A DNA stretch of 64,000 bases from an uncultured bacterium (GCA_963727525.1 CAVSGO010000005.1:384001-448000); one strand, 5' to 3'. Counted from the stretch's first letter, positions 1-9,889 are shown. Program-made: numbers and translations. Notes: a model not told the origin generated them from the sequence alone.

Positions 1-915
1 GTGGGCGTTGCGGCTGCCTTCCTCGCGCAAGCCGTCGTGCCACAGGTCGGGGTGCGCGCGCGCGATATCCAGCGGATACGTGCCGCTGAACAGCGCGTTG
101 CGGGCGTACGGCGTGGCCGTGGGCAGGATCGACCAGTAGTGGCGCCGGTCGATGTGGAAATACGGTTCCAGCAGCGGCTCCACGATGCGCCACTGATCCA
201 TGCGCATGCAGTCGATGATGACCCACACGACCTGGTCGCAGGCCGCCACCTCGGGCTCGACCCAGGTCCGGTACACGTCGGGACTGAGCACGGGCGCGTC
301 GGCGCTGCCATGGATCCAGTCGTGATAGCGATCGCGCACGTACTTGCCCACGGCGAGGTTCGCGGCCGCCATCTGTTCGGCCTGCGTGGCGAGCAGACCG
401 TGATCGCTGTAGGCGTAGAGATCCATGCCCCACGCCACGAGATCGTTGTAGATGCCGGCCCAGTCTTCCGCCGACTTCGCGGTGGCCATGCGGTCGCCCA
501 CCGCGGCAAAGTGGCTGAGATAGTCGCGGGTGACCTGCTGCGAGGTGATGGTGCGCGCCTCGAGCTGACGTTTCAAGGCCGCCTGGATCTGCAGCGGCGA
601 GACGGGCTTCACGAGGTAGTCGTCGATGCGCCGGCCGATGGCCTTGGTCATCAGGTCCTCGGCCTCGCTCTTGGTGATCATGATCACGGGGATGTGCTCG
701 TTGAGCTTGCGGATCTCCTCGAGCGTCTCCAGGCCGCCCATTCCGGGCATCATCTCGTCGAGCAGTACGGCGTCGAAGTTGCTCTCGGCGAGCATCGCCA
801 GACCATCGCGTCCATTGGTGGCGCCGGACACCGCGTAGCCCTTCTCGCCGAGGTAGAGGATGTGCGCGCGCAGGTCCTCGATGTTGTCGTCGATCCAGAG
901 GATCCGGTGTGCCAT
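1..915 (-). CDS. PorX-like response regulator (REC + PglZ/alkaline-phosphatase-like domain), runs off window
   Basis: Not in the ORF track; read by hand from the minus-strand ATG at 915: MAHRILWIDDNIEDLRAHILYL...VLLDEMMPGMGGLETL...IMITKSEAEDLM...DDYLVKPV (REC), then VIIDCMRMDQW...SILPTATPYARNALFSG (PglZ-like). Confidence 0.85.
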   Translation of the reverse strand, partial: MAHRILWIDDNIEDLRAHILYLGEKGYAVSGATNGRDGLAMLAESNFDAVLLDEMMPGMGGLETLEEIRKLNEHIPVIMITKSEAEDLMTKAIGRRIDDYLVKPVSPLQIQAALKRQLEARTITSQQVTRDYLSHFAAVGDRMATAKSAEDWAGIYNDLVAWGMDLYAYSDHGLLATQAEQMAAANLAVGKYVRDRYHDWIHGSADAPVLSPDVYRTWVEPEVAACDQVVWVIIDCMRMDQWRIVEPLLEPYFHIDRRHYWSILPTATPYARNALFSGTYPLDIARAHPDLWHDGLREEGSRNAH

Positions 916-916
916 C

Positions 917-2158
917 TCAGGCCTCCTCGCCAGGCAGGGTGATCGCGAAAGTCGTGCCGTGCGGTCCCGTCGACTCGACGCGGATGCGCCCGTTGTGATA
1001 CTGGGTGACGATACGTTTCACGAGGGCCAGCCCCATTCCCCAGCCGCGCTTCTTGGTGGTGAAGCCCGGTTCGAAAACCTTGGCACGTGCCCGTGGCGGA
1101 ATCCCGCCCCCCGTATCGACGACGCGGACGATCACGCCCCCCTCCGGCACGTCCGCCATCCGCACGACCACCGAACCCTTGCCGTCCTTGAGGGCATCGA
1201 TGCCATTCTTGATGAGGTTCTCGAGCACCCACTCCATCAGGTCGCGATTGAACTGCACGCGGTTGCTGACGGCCCCCTCGCTGTGCAGCTCCACGCGGCC
1301 GCCCAGATGCGGCAGTCGCCGGCTGAAGTACGTCACCGTGTCGGCGATCACGCCCATCAGGTCGTGATCGTCGAGCCGCGGCTTGGAGCCGATCTGGCTG
1401 AAACGAGCCGAGACCTTCCCCAAACGATCGACATCCCGGTCGAGTTCCGCCATCACCGTATCGTCCGGCCCCAGCCGCTCCTGCAGCAGCGCGAGCCAGC
1501 CGAGGATGCTGGTGAGCGGGGTGCCGAGCTGGTGCGCCGTCTCCTTCGCCATGCCGGCGAAGAGCAGATTCTGGTCGTTCTCCTTCTTCACCTGCAAACC
1601 CCACAGGATGACGAGGAAGAACAGCACCATGATGGCCAGTTCGAGGTAGGGCATGATCTGGATCTGCTTGCTCAGAGCCGAGGTGCCGTAATGCACGGTG
1701 CCCACGCGGGCGCCATCGGGACCGAAGATGGCATAGGGCTCGTTCGCCTGATCCAGATCGAAAGCGAGGCGCAGGACCTGCCGCACCTCGGGAATCGACG
1801 GCGAGCGTGGATTCTCCGCGCGCAGCGCCGCGTAGTCGTCCACCTGGCGCACGCCGGTCACGCGATTCCACAGCATGGGACGGCCGGCCGAGTCGGTGAT
1901 GATGAATGGCACCTCGATCTCGTTGAGGATGCCGATGACCTTCCCCGCCTCTCGCAAGTCGTCGCCCGCGAGCAGCAGACGGCTCGCCATGCCCGAGAAG
2001 AGCTCGGTGGTCAGCCGGCTCTGCCGCTCCACGCTGCGCACGATATGCAGGGTGTAGGCGGTGACGGCCAGCACGATGAGCACTCCGCCGATGAGCATGT
2101 ACAGCGTGAAGAGCTGCCGTCGTTGCAGTCCGAGCAGTCCGCCGGACAGGGGATCCAT
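917..2158 (-). CDS. membrane sensor histidine kinase
   Basis: Two TM segments, H-box AKETAHQLGTPL, N-box ENLIKNGIDA, G boxes DTGGGI and GWGMGL; start taken at MDPLSG. Confidence 0.9.
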   Translation of the reverse strand: MDPLSGGLLGLQRRQLFTLYMLIGGVLIVLAVTAYTLHIVRSVERQSRLTTELFSGMASRLLLAGDDLREAGKVIGILNEIEVPFIITDSAGRPMLWNRVTGVRQVDDYAALRAENPRSPSIPEVRQVLRLAFDLDQANEPYAIFGPDGARVGTVHYGTSALSKQIQIMPYLELAIMVLFFLVILWGLQVKKENDQNLLFAGMAKETAHQLGTPLTSILGWLALLQERLGPDDTVMAELDRDVDRLGKVSARFSQIGSKPRLDDHDLMGVIADTVTYFSRRLPHLGGRVELHSEGAVSNRVQFNRDLMEWVLENLIKNGIDALKDGKGSVVVRMADVPEGGVIVRVVDTGGGIPPRARAKVFEPGFTTKKRGWGMGLALVKRIVTQYHNGRIRVESTGPHGTTFAITLPGEEA

Positions 2159-2204
2159 GCCGGGTCTCCTTCGTGCCGGGCGGCGACCTCGCCGGACCCC
2201 GGGC

Positions 2205-3464
2205 TCAACCGATCTGGGTCTGACCGCCGAGATAGGGACGCAGGACCTCGGGCACACGGATGCGTCCGTCCGGCGTCTGGTAGTTCTCCATTACCGCCAC
2301 GAGGATGCGCGGCAGCGCGAGGCCCGAGCCGTTGAGGGTGTGTACGTAGCCCTTGCCCGACGGCCCCTTCCAGCGGATCCCGGCACGCCGCGCCTGGAAA
2401 TCGCCGAAGTTGCTGCACGACGAGACCTCGAGCCACTTGCCGACACCGCAGGCCCAAACCTCGAGGTCGTAGCAGCGCTGCGCCGCGAAGCTCAGATCGC
2501 CGCTCGCCAGCAGTACCACGCGGTAGGCCAGCCCCAGCTTCTGCAGCAACGACTCGACATCGGCCGTCAGGCTTTCGTGCGCGGCCGGCGAGGAATCCGG
2601 GAGCGTGAACTTTACCAGTTCCACCTTGTGGAACTGGTGCACGCGCAGCAGACCGCGCGTGTCCTTGCCCGCCGCCCCCGCCTCGCGGCGGAAGCACGGC
2701 GAGAACGCCGCGTACTGCCGCGGCAGGTCCACTTCGGCCAGCGTCTCCTCACGATGGATGTTGGTGACGGAAACCTCTGCCGTGGGGATGAGAAAGAGGT
2801 CGTCGACCGCGGCCAGGTACATGTCGTCTTCCAGCTTCGGAAGCTGGCCCGTGCCCGTCATGGCCTGCCGGTTCACGAGGTAGGGCACGCCTACTTCCTC
2901 GTACCCGTGCGCCCGCGCCTCGTCGAGGAACCAGTTGATGAGCGCGCGCTCGAGACGCGCCCCATCGCCCTTGAGCAGGGTGAAGCCGGAGCCGCTCATC
3001 CGCGCCGCCGTCTCGACATCGAGGATGCCCAGCTCGCGCCCGAGGTCCCAGTGTGGTAACACGGGCGCCGGCAACTCGATGGGGTTGCCCCAGGTACGCA
3101 GCACCTGGTTGCAATTCTCGCCGCCGCGCGGTACGTCCGGATCTGGCACGTTTGGAATACGCAGGTAAAGTGCCTCGACCTCGGCGTCGAGCGCCTCAGC
3201 CCGCGCTTTGAGCGCCTTCAGACGCGTCGCGACCTGCTTCATCTGGTCGATGGCGGCCGACGTGTCCTCACCCGCCTTCTTGCGCTCGGAGATCTCCCGG
3301 TTGGCGCGGTTGGCTTCCGACTGCAGCTCCTCCGCCTCCTGCAGCGCCGCGCGACGCTCCGCGTCGCGGTCGTAGTACGCCGCGATGTCCACGGTCTCCC
3401 GCTTGTCGGCGACTGCCGCCATCACGAGATCCATATGTTCGCGCAGGAACTTGCGATCGAGCAC
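2205..3464 (-). CDS. serS: seryl-tRNA synthetase
   Basis: N-terminal coiled coil; LIPTAEV, FRREAG, GLLRVHQFHKVEL, EVSSCSN and HTLNGSGLA motifs. Confidence 0.97.
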   Translation of the reverse strand: MLDRKFLREHMDLVMAAVADKRETVDIAAYYDRDAERRAALQEAEELQSEANRANREISERKKAGEDTSAAIDQMKQVATRLKALKARAEALDAEVEALYLRIPNVPDPDVPRGGENCNQVLRTWGNPIELPAPVLPHWDLGRELGILDVETAARMSGSGFTLLKGDGARLERALINWFLDEARAHGYEEVGVPYLVNRQAMTGTGQLPKLEDDMYLAAVDDLFLIPTAEVSVTNIHREETLAEVDLPRQYAAFSPCFRREAGAAGKDTRGLLRVHQFHKVELVKFTLPDSSPAAHESLTADVESLLQKLGLAYRVVLLASGDLSFAAQRCYDLEVWACGVGKWLEVSSCSNFGDFQARRAGIRWKGPSGKGYVHTLNGSGLALPRILVAVMENYQTPDGRIRVPEVLRPYLGGQTQIG

Positions 3465-3625
3465 CTGACTCCCCTTCGTTGACCCGTCCGAGACGGCCGT
3501 CGTGGCCGCTGCGGATGCGGTTGCAAATGCACCTCGCGGCTGCTAGAACGGTATAAACAACGGCGTAAGCGCGAGCAAGGCAAATCGCCCCCGGCCGGCC
3601 CGCCGCTTCGCCACAGGAGTCGATC

Positions 3626-4375
3626 ATGGACCGAAGCGCCTTGCTGGCCACCCTGCGCGGCGAACCCGCGACCGACCGCATCATCACCGCCCTGGACGTC
3701 CCGTCGGCCGAGGAGGCCATGGCCCTGGCCGGGCGGCTCGGTCCGCGCGGCCGGTACGTGAAGGTCGGTCTGGAGCTGTTCAGCGCCGCCGGGCCCACGG
3801 TCGTTCAGCTCCTGCAGGGACGCGGGCAGCGCGTGTTCCTCGACCTCAAGTTCCACGACATCCCCAACACGGTGGCCGGCGCGGCCCGCATGGCTGCGCG
3901 CCTGGGCGCCGCCTTCTGCACGATCCACGCCTCCGCCGGACGCCGCGCCCTGAGCGCCGCCGCCGAGGCCCTGGCCAGCGAGCCGGCGGCTACGGACGGC
4001 CTACGCCCCGCCCTGCTGGCCGTGACCGTGCTGACGAGCCTCGGCCCCGACGAGCTGGCCGAGACGGCCCCGTCGTGGGAGACACTGCCCGATCGCGTGC
4101 TGCGCCTGGCGCGTCTGGCCTGGGATTGCGGTTGCGACGGCCTGGTATGCGCTGCACCCGACCTGGTCGCGCTGCGCGCCGCGGTGGGCCCGGAACCCCT
4201 GGTCGTCACCCCCGGTATCCGGCCGGCCGGCGCTGGCGTCGACGATCAGACCCGCGTGGCCACGCCTGGCCGCGCCATCGCCGATGGCGCCGATTTCCTG
4301 GTCGTGGGTCGCCCGGTCGCCCGCGCCGACGACCCCGCGGCCGCCCTGACCAGCCTGGCTGCCGAGCTGGCCTGA
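3626..4375 (+). CDS. pyrF: orotidine-5'-phosphate decarboxylase
   Basis: ITALD, VKVGLEL, FLDLKFHDIPNTV, VTVLTS, VTPGIRP, DQTRVATP, VVGRPV. Confidence 0.96.
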   Translation: MDRSALLATLRGEPATDRIITALDVPSAEEAMALAGRLGPRGRYVKVGLELFSAAGPTVVQLLQGRGQRVFLDLKFHDIPNTVAGAARMAARLGAAFCTIHASAGRRALSAAAEALASEPAATDGLRPALLAVTVLTSLGPDELAETAPSWETLPDRVLRLARLAWDCGCDGLVCAAPDLVALRAAVGPEPLVVTPGIRPAGAGVDDQTRVATPGRAIADGADFLVVGRPVARADDPAAALTSLAAELA

Positions 4376-4431
4376 ACTCCGCGCGCGTGGCAGGCGCGCG
4401 CCACCACCGTGAGCCAAGGAGTCGACCTGCG

Positions 4432-5004
4432 ATGCAGGAACCCGATCTGCTGAACCTGATGATCGAGCTGGGCGCCCTGCACCAGGGCCACTTCCTGCTG
4501 AGCAGCGGCCTGCACAGCGATACCTACTTCCAGTGCGCGCGCATCCTCCAGTTCCCCGAGCTGGCGCGCGAGCTGGGTGCGGCCATCGCCGCCCACTTTG
4601 AGGACGAGGCGTTCGACCTCGTGGTCAGCCCGGCCCTGGGCGGTATCCTCATCGGCCATGAAGTGGCCCGCGCCCTCGGACGACGCTTCGTCTTCACCGA
4701 GCGCCAGAACGGCGTCATGGTGCTGCGCCGTGGCTTCGCGCTCGAGAAGAGCGAGCGTGCGCTCGTGGTCGAGGACGTGGTCACGCGCGGCACGTCGGTG
4801 CGCGAGGTGGCCGCAGCCGTCGAGGAGGCCGGCGGCATCGTGACCGGCCTCGGCGCGATCATCGACCGCACCGGTGGCGACGCCGACCTGCCGCTCCCCC
4901 TGCACGCTCTGGCCAGGGTGACGGTGGCCACCTACGACCCGGCGAACTGCCCGCTGTGTCAGCAGGGTCAGCCACCGGTGAAGCCGGGCAGCCGGGGCAA
5001 CTGA
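4432..5004 (+). CDS. pyrE: orotate phosphoribosyltransferase
   Basis: GHFLLSSGLHSDTYFQCA, PRPP loop LVVEDVVTRGTSV, C-terminal CPLC..KPGSR; follows pyrF. Confidence 0.95.
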   Translation: MQEPDLLNLMIELGALHQGHFLLSSGLHSDTYFQCARILQFPELARELGAAIAAHFEDEAFDLVVSPALGGILIGHEVARALGRRFVFTERQNGVMVLRRGFALEKSERALVVEDVVTRGTSVREVAAAVEEAGGIVTGLGAIIDRTGGDADLPLPLHALARVTVATYDPANCPLCQQGQPPVKPGSRGN

Positions 5005-6468
5005 TTGGACGCGCGACGGAGCGGGGTCGTCGCCGCCGGCGTCGGCCTCGCCTTTGTCGGCCTGTGGCTCGCCCTTTACCCGGCCCATCCCCTTCTCCCC
5101 ACGGCCGACGCCTACGCCCACCTGTCGGTCGCCAGGCACCTCGTCCAGGGTGACGGCTTCCTCATCGACATGGCCTACCCCCTGACCACGGCATTCACGT
5201 GGGGACGCCAGATCCCTCAGCCGCTCACGTATCCCATGCCCGGTTTCGCCGTGATTCTCACGGTCCCCTACCTGCTCGCCGGCGGCGACCCGGCCGCGAC
5301 GGTCGCAATCATGCGCATCACCCTGGCGGTTCTGCTCGGCGTAGCCGTGGCGATCGGCAGCCATGGTCTCGTGCGTCGCGGCGCCACTCCCGCCCTGCCA
5401 GCCTGGATCCTCATCCTGCTCTTCAGCCCACTGCTCGCCCTCGCCACCAACTGGGGCTGGACCGAGGTCCCGGCGAGCGTGATCCTGCTCGGCCTCTGGC
5501 TGCGCTGGCGCGACCGCGCCACCACTCGCGCGACGCTGACTCGCGGCACCCTCGTGGTCGACGGCCTCGTCGCCGGCGCGTTGACGATGCTCCGCCTGGA
5601 TCTCCTGTGGATCCCGGTCCTGTGGTGGCGTGGGCGCCTTCGCGGCCTTGGCTGGGTCGCCCTGGGCTGGCTAATCGTCTGCACTCCCTGGTTCGTCCGC
5701 ACGACCATCGTGACCGGCTCCCCCGTGACCAACGTCCCCTCCCAGGCCGTCGAACTCGACATGCAGAGCCCATGGTGGACCTACCCCATGCTGCGCGGCC
5801 TGACCCCGGTCCCCCTGCTGGAGAACTTGCGGGCCCACCCCCACGAGGCCTTGGTCAAGGTCCGCCACGGCATCCGCTTCTTCGCCGAGACCCTGGGCCA
5901 GTGGCTCCCCTGGCTCTTGTGGCTCATCGCAATGGGACTGGGAATCCGCTCGATCATCCGGGGCCGGACACAGGGGGGACCGTCCGCCACCCTCACGGCG
6001 CCATTGGTCACCCTGGCCCTCACTCTCGCTTTCCTCGTCCTCCAGTACGCCCTCTTCTCGCAGGAGGTCCGCCACCTCCTGGTCCTCCTCCCCTCCCTGA
6101 GCTGGGAACTGGCTCTGGGAGCGAACGATGCACTGCCCCGCCACGGCAGACCCTGGACGACGTCCTGGAGCCGCGCCCTCATCCTCACCGCCGCGATCGC
6201 CGCCGCCCTGGTCGTCACCCCGCCCGGCATCGGCGGCGAACAGAACGGCGTCGACTCCGCCCGCCACGACGCCCCCCGCGTTGCGGCCCTCACCCGCAAA
6301 GCGCTCGCTCTTCCCCCCGGCCCCGCCTTCAGCGACAACGACGCCGTCCTCTGGTACAGCAACCGCCCCGGCATTTCGAGTCCCCGCGACACGACAATCG
6401 AGGCCGCGATCCGCACCACCGTCCCCGGTATGTCGATCGCCCCCTGGCTGCGCCTGTTCGAGCAGTAG
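5005..6468 (+). CDS. polytopic membrane protein, GT-C/ArnT-like glycosyltransferase candidate
   Basis: Many TM helices; first loop DAYAHLSVARHLVQGDGF and PWFVRT..VTGSP motif typical of GT-C-like proteins. Confidence 0.55.
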   Translation: MDARRSGVVAAGVGLAFVGLWLALYPAHPLLPTADAYAHLSVARHLVQGDGFLIDMAYPLTTAFTWGRQIPQPLTYPMPGFAVILTVPYLLAGGDPAATVAIMRITLAVLLGVAVAIGSHGLVRRGATPALPAWILILLFSPLLALATNWGWTEVPASVILLGLWLRWRDRATTRATLTRGTLVVDGLVAGALTMLRLDLLWIPVLWWRGRLRGLGWVALGWLIVCTPWFVRTTIVTGSPVTNVPSQAVELDMQSPWWTYPMLRGLTPVPLLENLRAHPHEALVKVRHGIRFFAETLGQWLPWLLWLIAMGLGIRSIIRGRTQGGPSATLTAPLVTLALTLAFLVLQYALFSQEVRHLLVLLPSLSWELALGANDALPRHGRPWTTSWSRALILTAAIAAALVVTPPGIGGEQNGVDSARHDAPRVAALTRKALALPPGPAFSDNDAVLWYSNRPGISSPRDTTIEAAIRTTVPGMSIAPWLRLFEQ

Positions 6469-6590
6469 TCCGAGATCGCAGGTCGCCAGCCCATCATATT
6501 GATCGAGGCGTTCATCACGTGGTCGATCGCTCCAGACGCTCGTCGCCACCATGGCGAACAACCCCAAGGAGTTACGCGCTCCTTCGCGTG

Positions 6591-6606
6591 AGGCATGCCG
6601 GTTGCG
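6591..6606 (+). promoter_or_regulatory. candidate sigma54 -24/-12 promoter
   Basis: aGGCATgccggTTGCg (GG-N10-GC), about 110 nt upstream of the precursor gene. Confidence 0.5.
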
Positions 6607-6712
6607 TATGCCGGGGTGGAGCCTCCACCGCACGATGGAGGTGTCCTGGCAGATTCCCTCCGGATGAGACCCGAAATCGGCAAACGAAAGCGAGCATAGC
6701 GTGGTCAATCAT

Positions 6713-7144
6713 ATGAAACCCACTATTGAGTACCAGAGACTGTCATTGGCGTTCATGACCCTCGTCGCCATCGGCATAGCCTTCTGCTGGTTTGCCACCG
6801 GTGCCCTGGGTGCCGACCTCTCCGGCCAACCGCAACGCCACGTGGTCGGCGACAACGAGATCCAGGCCTGCATCGATCAGCGGATCGACCAGGCCGACGC
6901 CGACCGCCAGGAGATACAGCTCCTGCTGCAACGTGCGGATGTGCGCCGCATCGCCGGTTCCGCCGGCCTGGATCTCGAGCGGGCCAGCGCCGCCGCCGCG
7001 GTCCTGTCGGGACCCTCGCTCGCAATGCTGGCGGCGCAGGCCAGAGAGATCAACACCGACGTCGCCGGCGGCGAGGGCAGGGTCGTCATCACCACGACAG
7101 GGATCATCATCATCCTGTTGATCCTCATCTTGCTCCTGAACTGA
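6713..7144 (+). CDS. PA2779-like secreted precursor with Gly-Gly motif and hydrophobic C-terminal peptide
   Basis: Signal peptide, helical middle (RQEIQLLLQRADVRRIAGSAGLDLERA..LSGPSLAMLA), then DVAGG|EGRVVITTTGIIIILLILILLLN. Confidence 0.7.
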   Translation: MKPTIEYQRLSLAFMTLVAIGIAFCWFATGALGADLSGQPQRHVVGDNEIQACIDQRIDQADADRQEIQLLLQRADVRRIAGSAGLDLERASAAAAVLSGPSLAMLAAQAREINTDVAGGEGRVVITTTGIIIILLILILLLN

Positions 7145-7156
7145 GCCCGGTAGGTC

Positions 7157-9232
7157 GTGGGAGCAAGGCTGACAATTGCGATCCTGGTAGCGGCCGCGGT
7201 GCTGAGTCGGACCACTCTGACGTCAGCGGTGGCGCCCACGCCAGGTAGGAACGATCCACGGGAATTGCGGCTTCTCGACGTCCCCTACGTTCCGCAGAGC
7301 GGGGAGCTGTGCGGCGGGGCGGCCCTCGCCATGGTTCTGCGCTACTGGGGCGAAGCGGGCGTCGTGGCTGAAGACTTCGCCACGTTGGCTGACGGGAACG
7401 ACGCCGGCATCCGCACCGGCGCCCTGGTGGGCGCGGTTGCCGACCGCGGCTGGACGGCCTTCGTCTTGCCGGGCACGTCGGTCGCCGTCGCGGACCAGCT
7501 GGTCCACCGTCGTCCCGTCATCGCCCTCTTGCGAGTGGGTGGTGCCAGCTACCACTATGTCGTGCTCGTCGCCTGGGCCAACGGTTGGGTGATCGTCCAC
7601 GACCCGAATGTAGGACCGCTGCGCGTCATGCGTGAACGGGAGTTCGTGTCGGCCTGGTCCGGGAGCGGCGCCTGGTCACTCCTGGTCCTGCCGCCGCAAG
7701 GGACCGGGAAGCGGATCGCACGCGATTCTGGGCCGACCGTCCAGGCGGCGCCCGCCGTGGCCGACGAATGCGGCCAGCTGGTGCAGGAGGGTGTTGCCCT
7801 GGCCGAGCAAGGGGACACGGCGGGCGCGGAGCGCGAGTTCCTCGCGGCGCAGGCCCTCGACCCCGCGTCCGCCGCTCCCCTGAGAGAACGGGCAGGGCTG
7901 CGGTTTCACGTCGGCGATTGGGCGGGCGCGAGCGGCCTCGCGGAACGGGCCCTGTCGCTCGATCCGAGCGATCCTCACGCCTGGCGTCTCCTGGCCGGCA
8001 GCCGTTTCCTGACCGGCGATGTGGAGGGCGCTCTCGGCGCCTGGAATCACCTTGCTGAACCGCGGAACGACCTGACGCACATCGCTGGTCTGGCGCACAT
8101 CCGCTATGCCGCCGTGGCCACGCAAATCGACCTGCCGCCGGGACGACTGATCACCCCCCAGGCTTTCCGCCGCGCGCGACGGCGCCTGGCAGAATTGCCG
8201 GCCCAGGCGGCGTACCGCCTGGACCTGAGACCGCTGCCGCGTGGCACTGCACAGGTGGAGGTGACGCTGCTGGAGCGACCCCTCGTTGCCGCAGGCCCCT
8301 GGGACATCGCCAGTATCGGCGTCAAGGCACTCACCGGTCGCGAGATCACCATCGAGGGGGCGAGTCCCACCGGGAACGGAGAACTGTGGACCGCTACGTG
8401 GAGATGGTGGAGCGAACGTCCACGTGTCGCACTGGCGGTGGCCGTACCGGCAGCCGGCGGCCGTCCAGGAATCTGGCGCGTGGAAGGCTTCTGGGAACGA
8501 CAGACCTACGTGGCCCGGGCCTATTCCGGTGCGACCGCTGTGGCCACCGATGAACTGAGCCGGGAGGAACGCCGGCGTACCGCGCTCTCGTTCGCGGACT
8601 GGCTCGGACCGGATCTCCGGGTCGAGATCGGGTCTGCACTGGACGATTGGAACGGGCGAGGCACCTATCTCGCCCTGGAAGGAAAGGTGGACACGCGATG
8701 GGCAGGTGATCGCCTGGTGGTGTCCGCGGCGTTAGCGACGTGGATGAGCCTCGACGACCACACCCCATTCACTGCCCGAAGTGCGTCGCTGCGGTGGCGT
8801 ACGGGCGGTCTGCCGGAACGCGCGGACTGGCAGGCGGGCCTCGGCATCTCCAGCGCGACGGCCGACGCGCCACTGGCGCTCTGGTCTGGCGCGGGTACCG
8901 GCTACGGCCGCGCCGCACTCCTACGCGCTCATCCCCTGCTCGACGGCGGCATCGTCAGCGGCCGCGTCTTCGGGCGCACGGTCGCCCAGGCGACCATCGA
9001 GCGTCAGGTGTGGCCGTGGCGACGGGAACCTCTGCAACTCGGCTGGGCCGTCTTCCTAGACGGTGCCAAGCCGTGGGATACTGGACGGGCCGATCGCAAC
9101 CCCTGGCAGGTGGATGGCGGCACCGGCCTGCGGATGCGGGGCATGGGGATTCGAGGCCAGCTCCGGATCGACGTGGCCCACGGATTCACTGATGGAGGTC
9201 TCGTCGCCTCGATCGCGTGGCAGAACCCCTGA
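7157..9232 (+). CDS. C39-like cysteine peptidase-TPR-POTRA-Omp85-like beta-barrel fusion protein
   Basis: Signal peptide; VPYVPQSGELCGGAALAMVLRYWG, HYVVLV, VHDP (Cys/His/Asp triad); TPR helices; POTRA-like HIAGLAHIR...LPPGRLIT...RARRRLAELP...VEVTLLERP; Omp85-like end DGGTGLRMR...QLRIDVAHGF. Confidence 0.75.
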   Translation: MGARLTIAILVAAAVLSRTTLTSAVAPTPGRNDPRELRLLDVPYVPQSGELCGGAALAMVLRYWGEAGVVAEDFATLADGNDAGIRTGALVGAVADRGWTAFVLPGTSVAVADQLVHRRPVIALLRVGGASYHYVVLVAWANGWVIVHDPNVGPLRVMREREFVSAWSGSGAWSLLVLPPQGTGKRIARDSGPTVQAAPAVADECGQLVQEGVALAEQGDTAGAEREFLAAQALDPASAAPLRERAGLRFHVGDWAGASGLAERALSLDPSDPHAWRLLAGSRFLTGDVEGALGAWNHLAEPRNDLTHIAGLAHIRYAAVATQIDLPPGRLITPQAFRRARRRLAELPAQAAYRLDLRPLPRGTAQVEVTLLERPLVAAGPWDIASIGVKALTGREITIEGASPTGNGELWTATWRWWSERPRVALAVAVPAAGGRPGIWRVEGFWERQTYVARAYSGATAVATDELSREERRRTALSFADWLGPDLRVEIGSALDDWNGRGTYLALEGKVDTRWAGDRLVVSAALATWMSLDDHTPFTARSASLRWRTGGLPERADWQAGLGISSATADAPLALWSGAGTGYGRAALLRAHPLLDGGIVSGRVFGRTVAQATIERQVWPWRREPLQLGWAVFLDGAKPWDTGRADRNPWQVDGGTGLRMRGMGIRGQLRIDVAHGFTDGGLVASIAWQNP

Positions 9233-9489
9233 GACCGGCCCGGCCGGACGGCGCGAGCCTCCCCATCTGTATTGATCGACGTCACATCGTATTGATGGCC
9301 TCACCAGGCCACGACACCGTCCAGATCCGCACGCAATCATCACTTATGCGCGGGCCCGATAGTCGCAATACAAGAGTGTCGTTCCTCGCTATCGTCGGTC
9401 GCCAGTTCAGGTCGTCGCTTTGGCGGTGGCCGAGGTACGAGGAATCTTGTCCGTCGAACGCTACGGCATCGTCAAACAAGGAGGGTCGC

Positions 9490-9639
9490 ATGTTGTGGAC
9501 CATCGCGGTCATATTCGTGGTTCTCTGGCTGCTAGGGCTGGTTACGTCATTCACTCTGCACGGCTTCATCCACGTGCTGCTCGTCCTCGCTATCGTCATC
9601 GTGATACTGCGCATCATCCAGGGGCGGCGAATCACCTAG
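9490..9639 (+). CDS. lmo0937-family small membrane protein (copy 1)
   Basis: MLWTIAVIFVVLWLLGLVTSFTLHGFIHVLLVLAIVIVILRIIQGRRIT; RBS aggagg. Confidence 0.88.
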   Translation: MLWTIAVIFVVLWLLGLVTSFTLHGFIHVLLVLAIVIVILRIIQGRRIT

Positions 9640-9670
9640 GCCGTTCAAGAAGCAGGAAAGGAAAGATGAA

Positions 9671-9889
9671 ATGAAAACAATTGGTGTCGTACTCCTGGTC
9701 CTGGGCATCGTGGCCCTGGTCTACGACGGCATAAGCTACAGCCGGAATCGGACGATTCTCCAGATGGGATCGATGGAGATCGCCGCCACGGAACATAGAA
9801 GCATACCGATCCCGGCCGTCGCCGGTGTGGTCGCGGTGCTCGGCGGCGTCGCACTCATGTTCGTCGGACGCCGATCCGGGAATGCGTGA
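9671..9889 (+). CDS. small two-TM membrane protein (DUF3185-like)
   Basis: MKTIGVVLLVLGIVALVYDGISYS...IPIPAVAGVVAVLGGVALMF. Confidence 0.75.
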   Translation: MKTIGVVLLVLGIVALVYDGISYSRNRTILQMGSMEIAATEHRSIPIPAVAGVVAVLGGVALMFVGRRSGNA

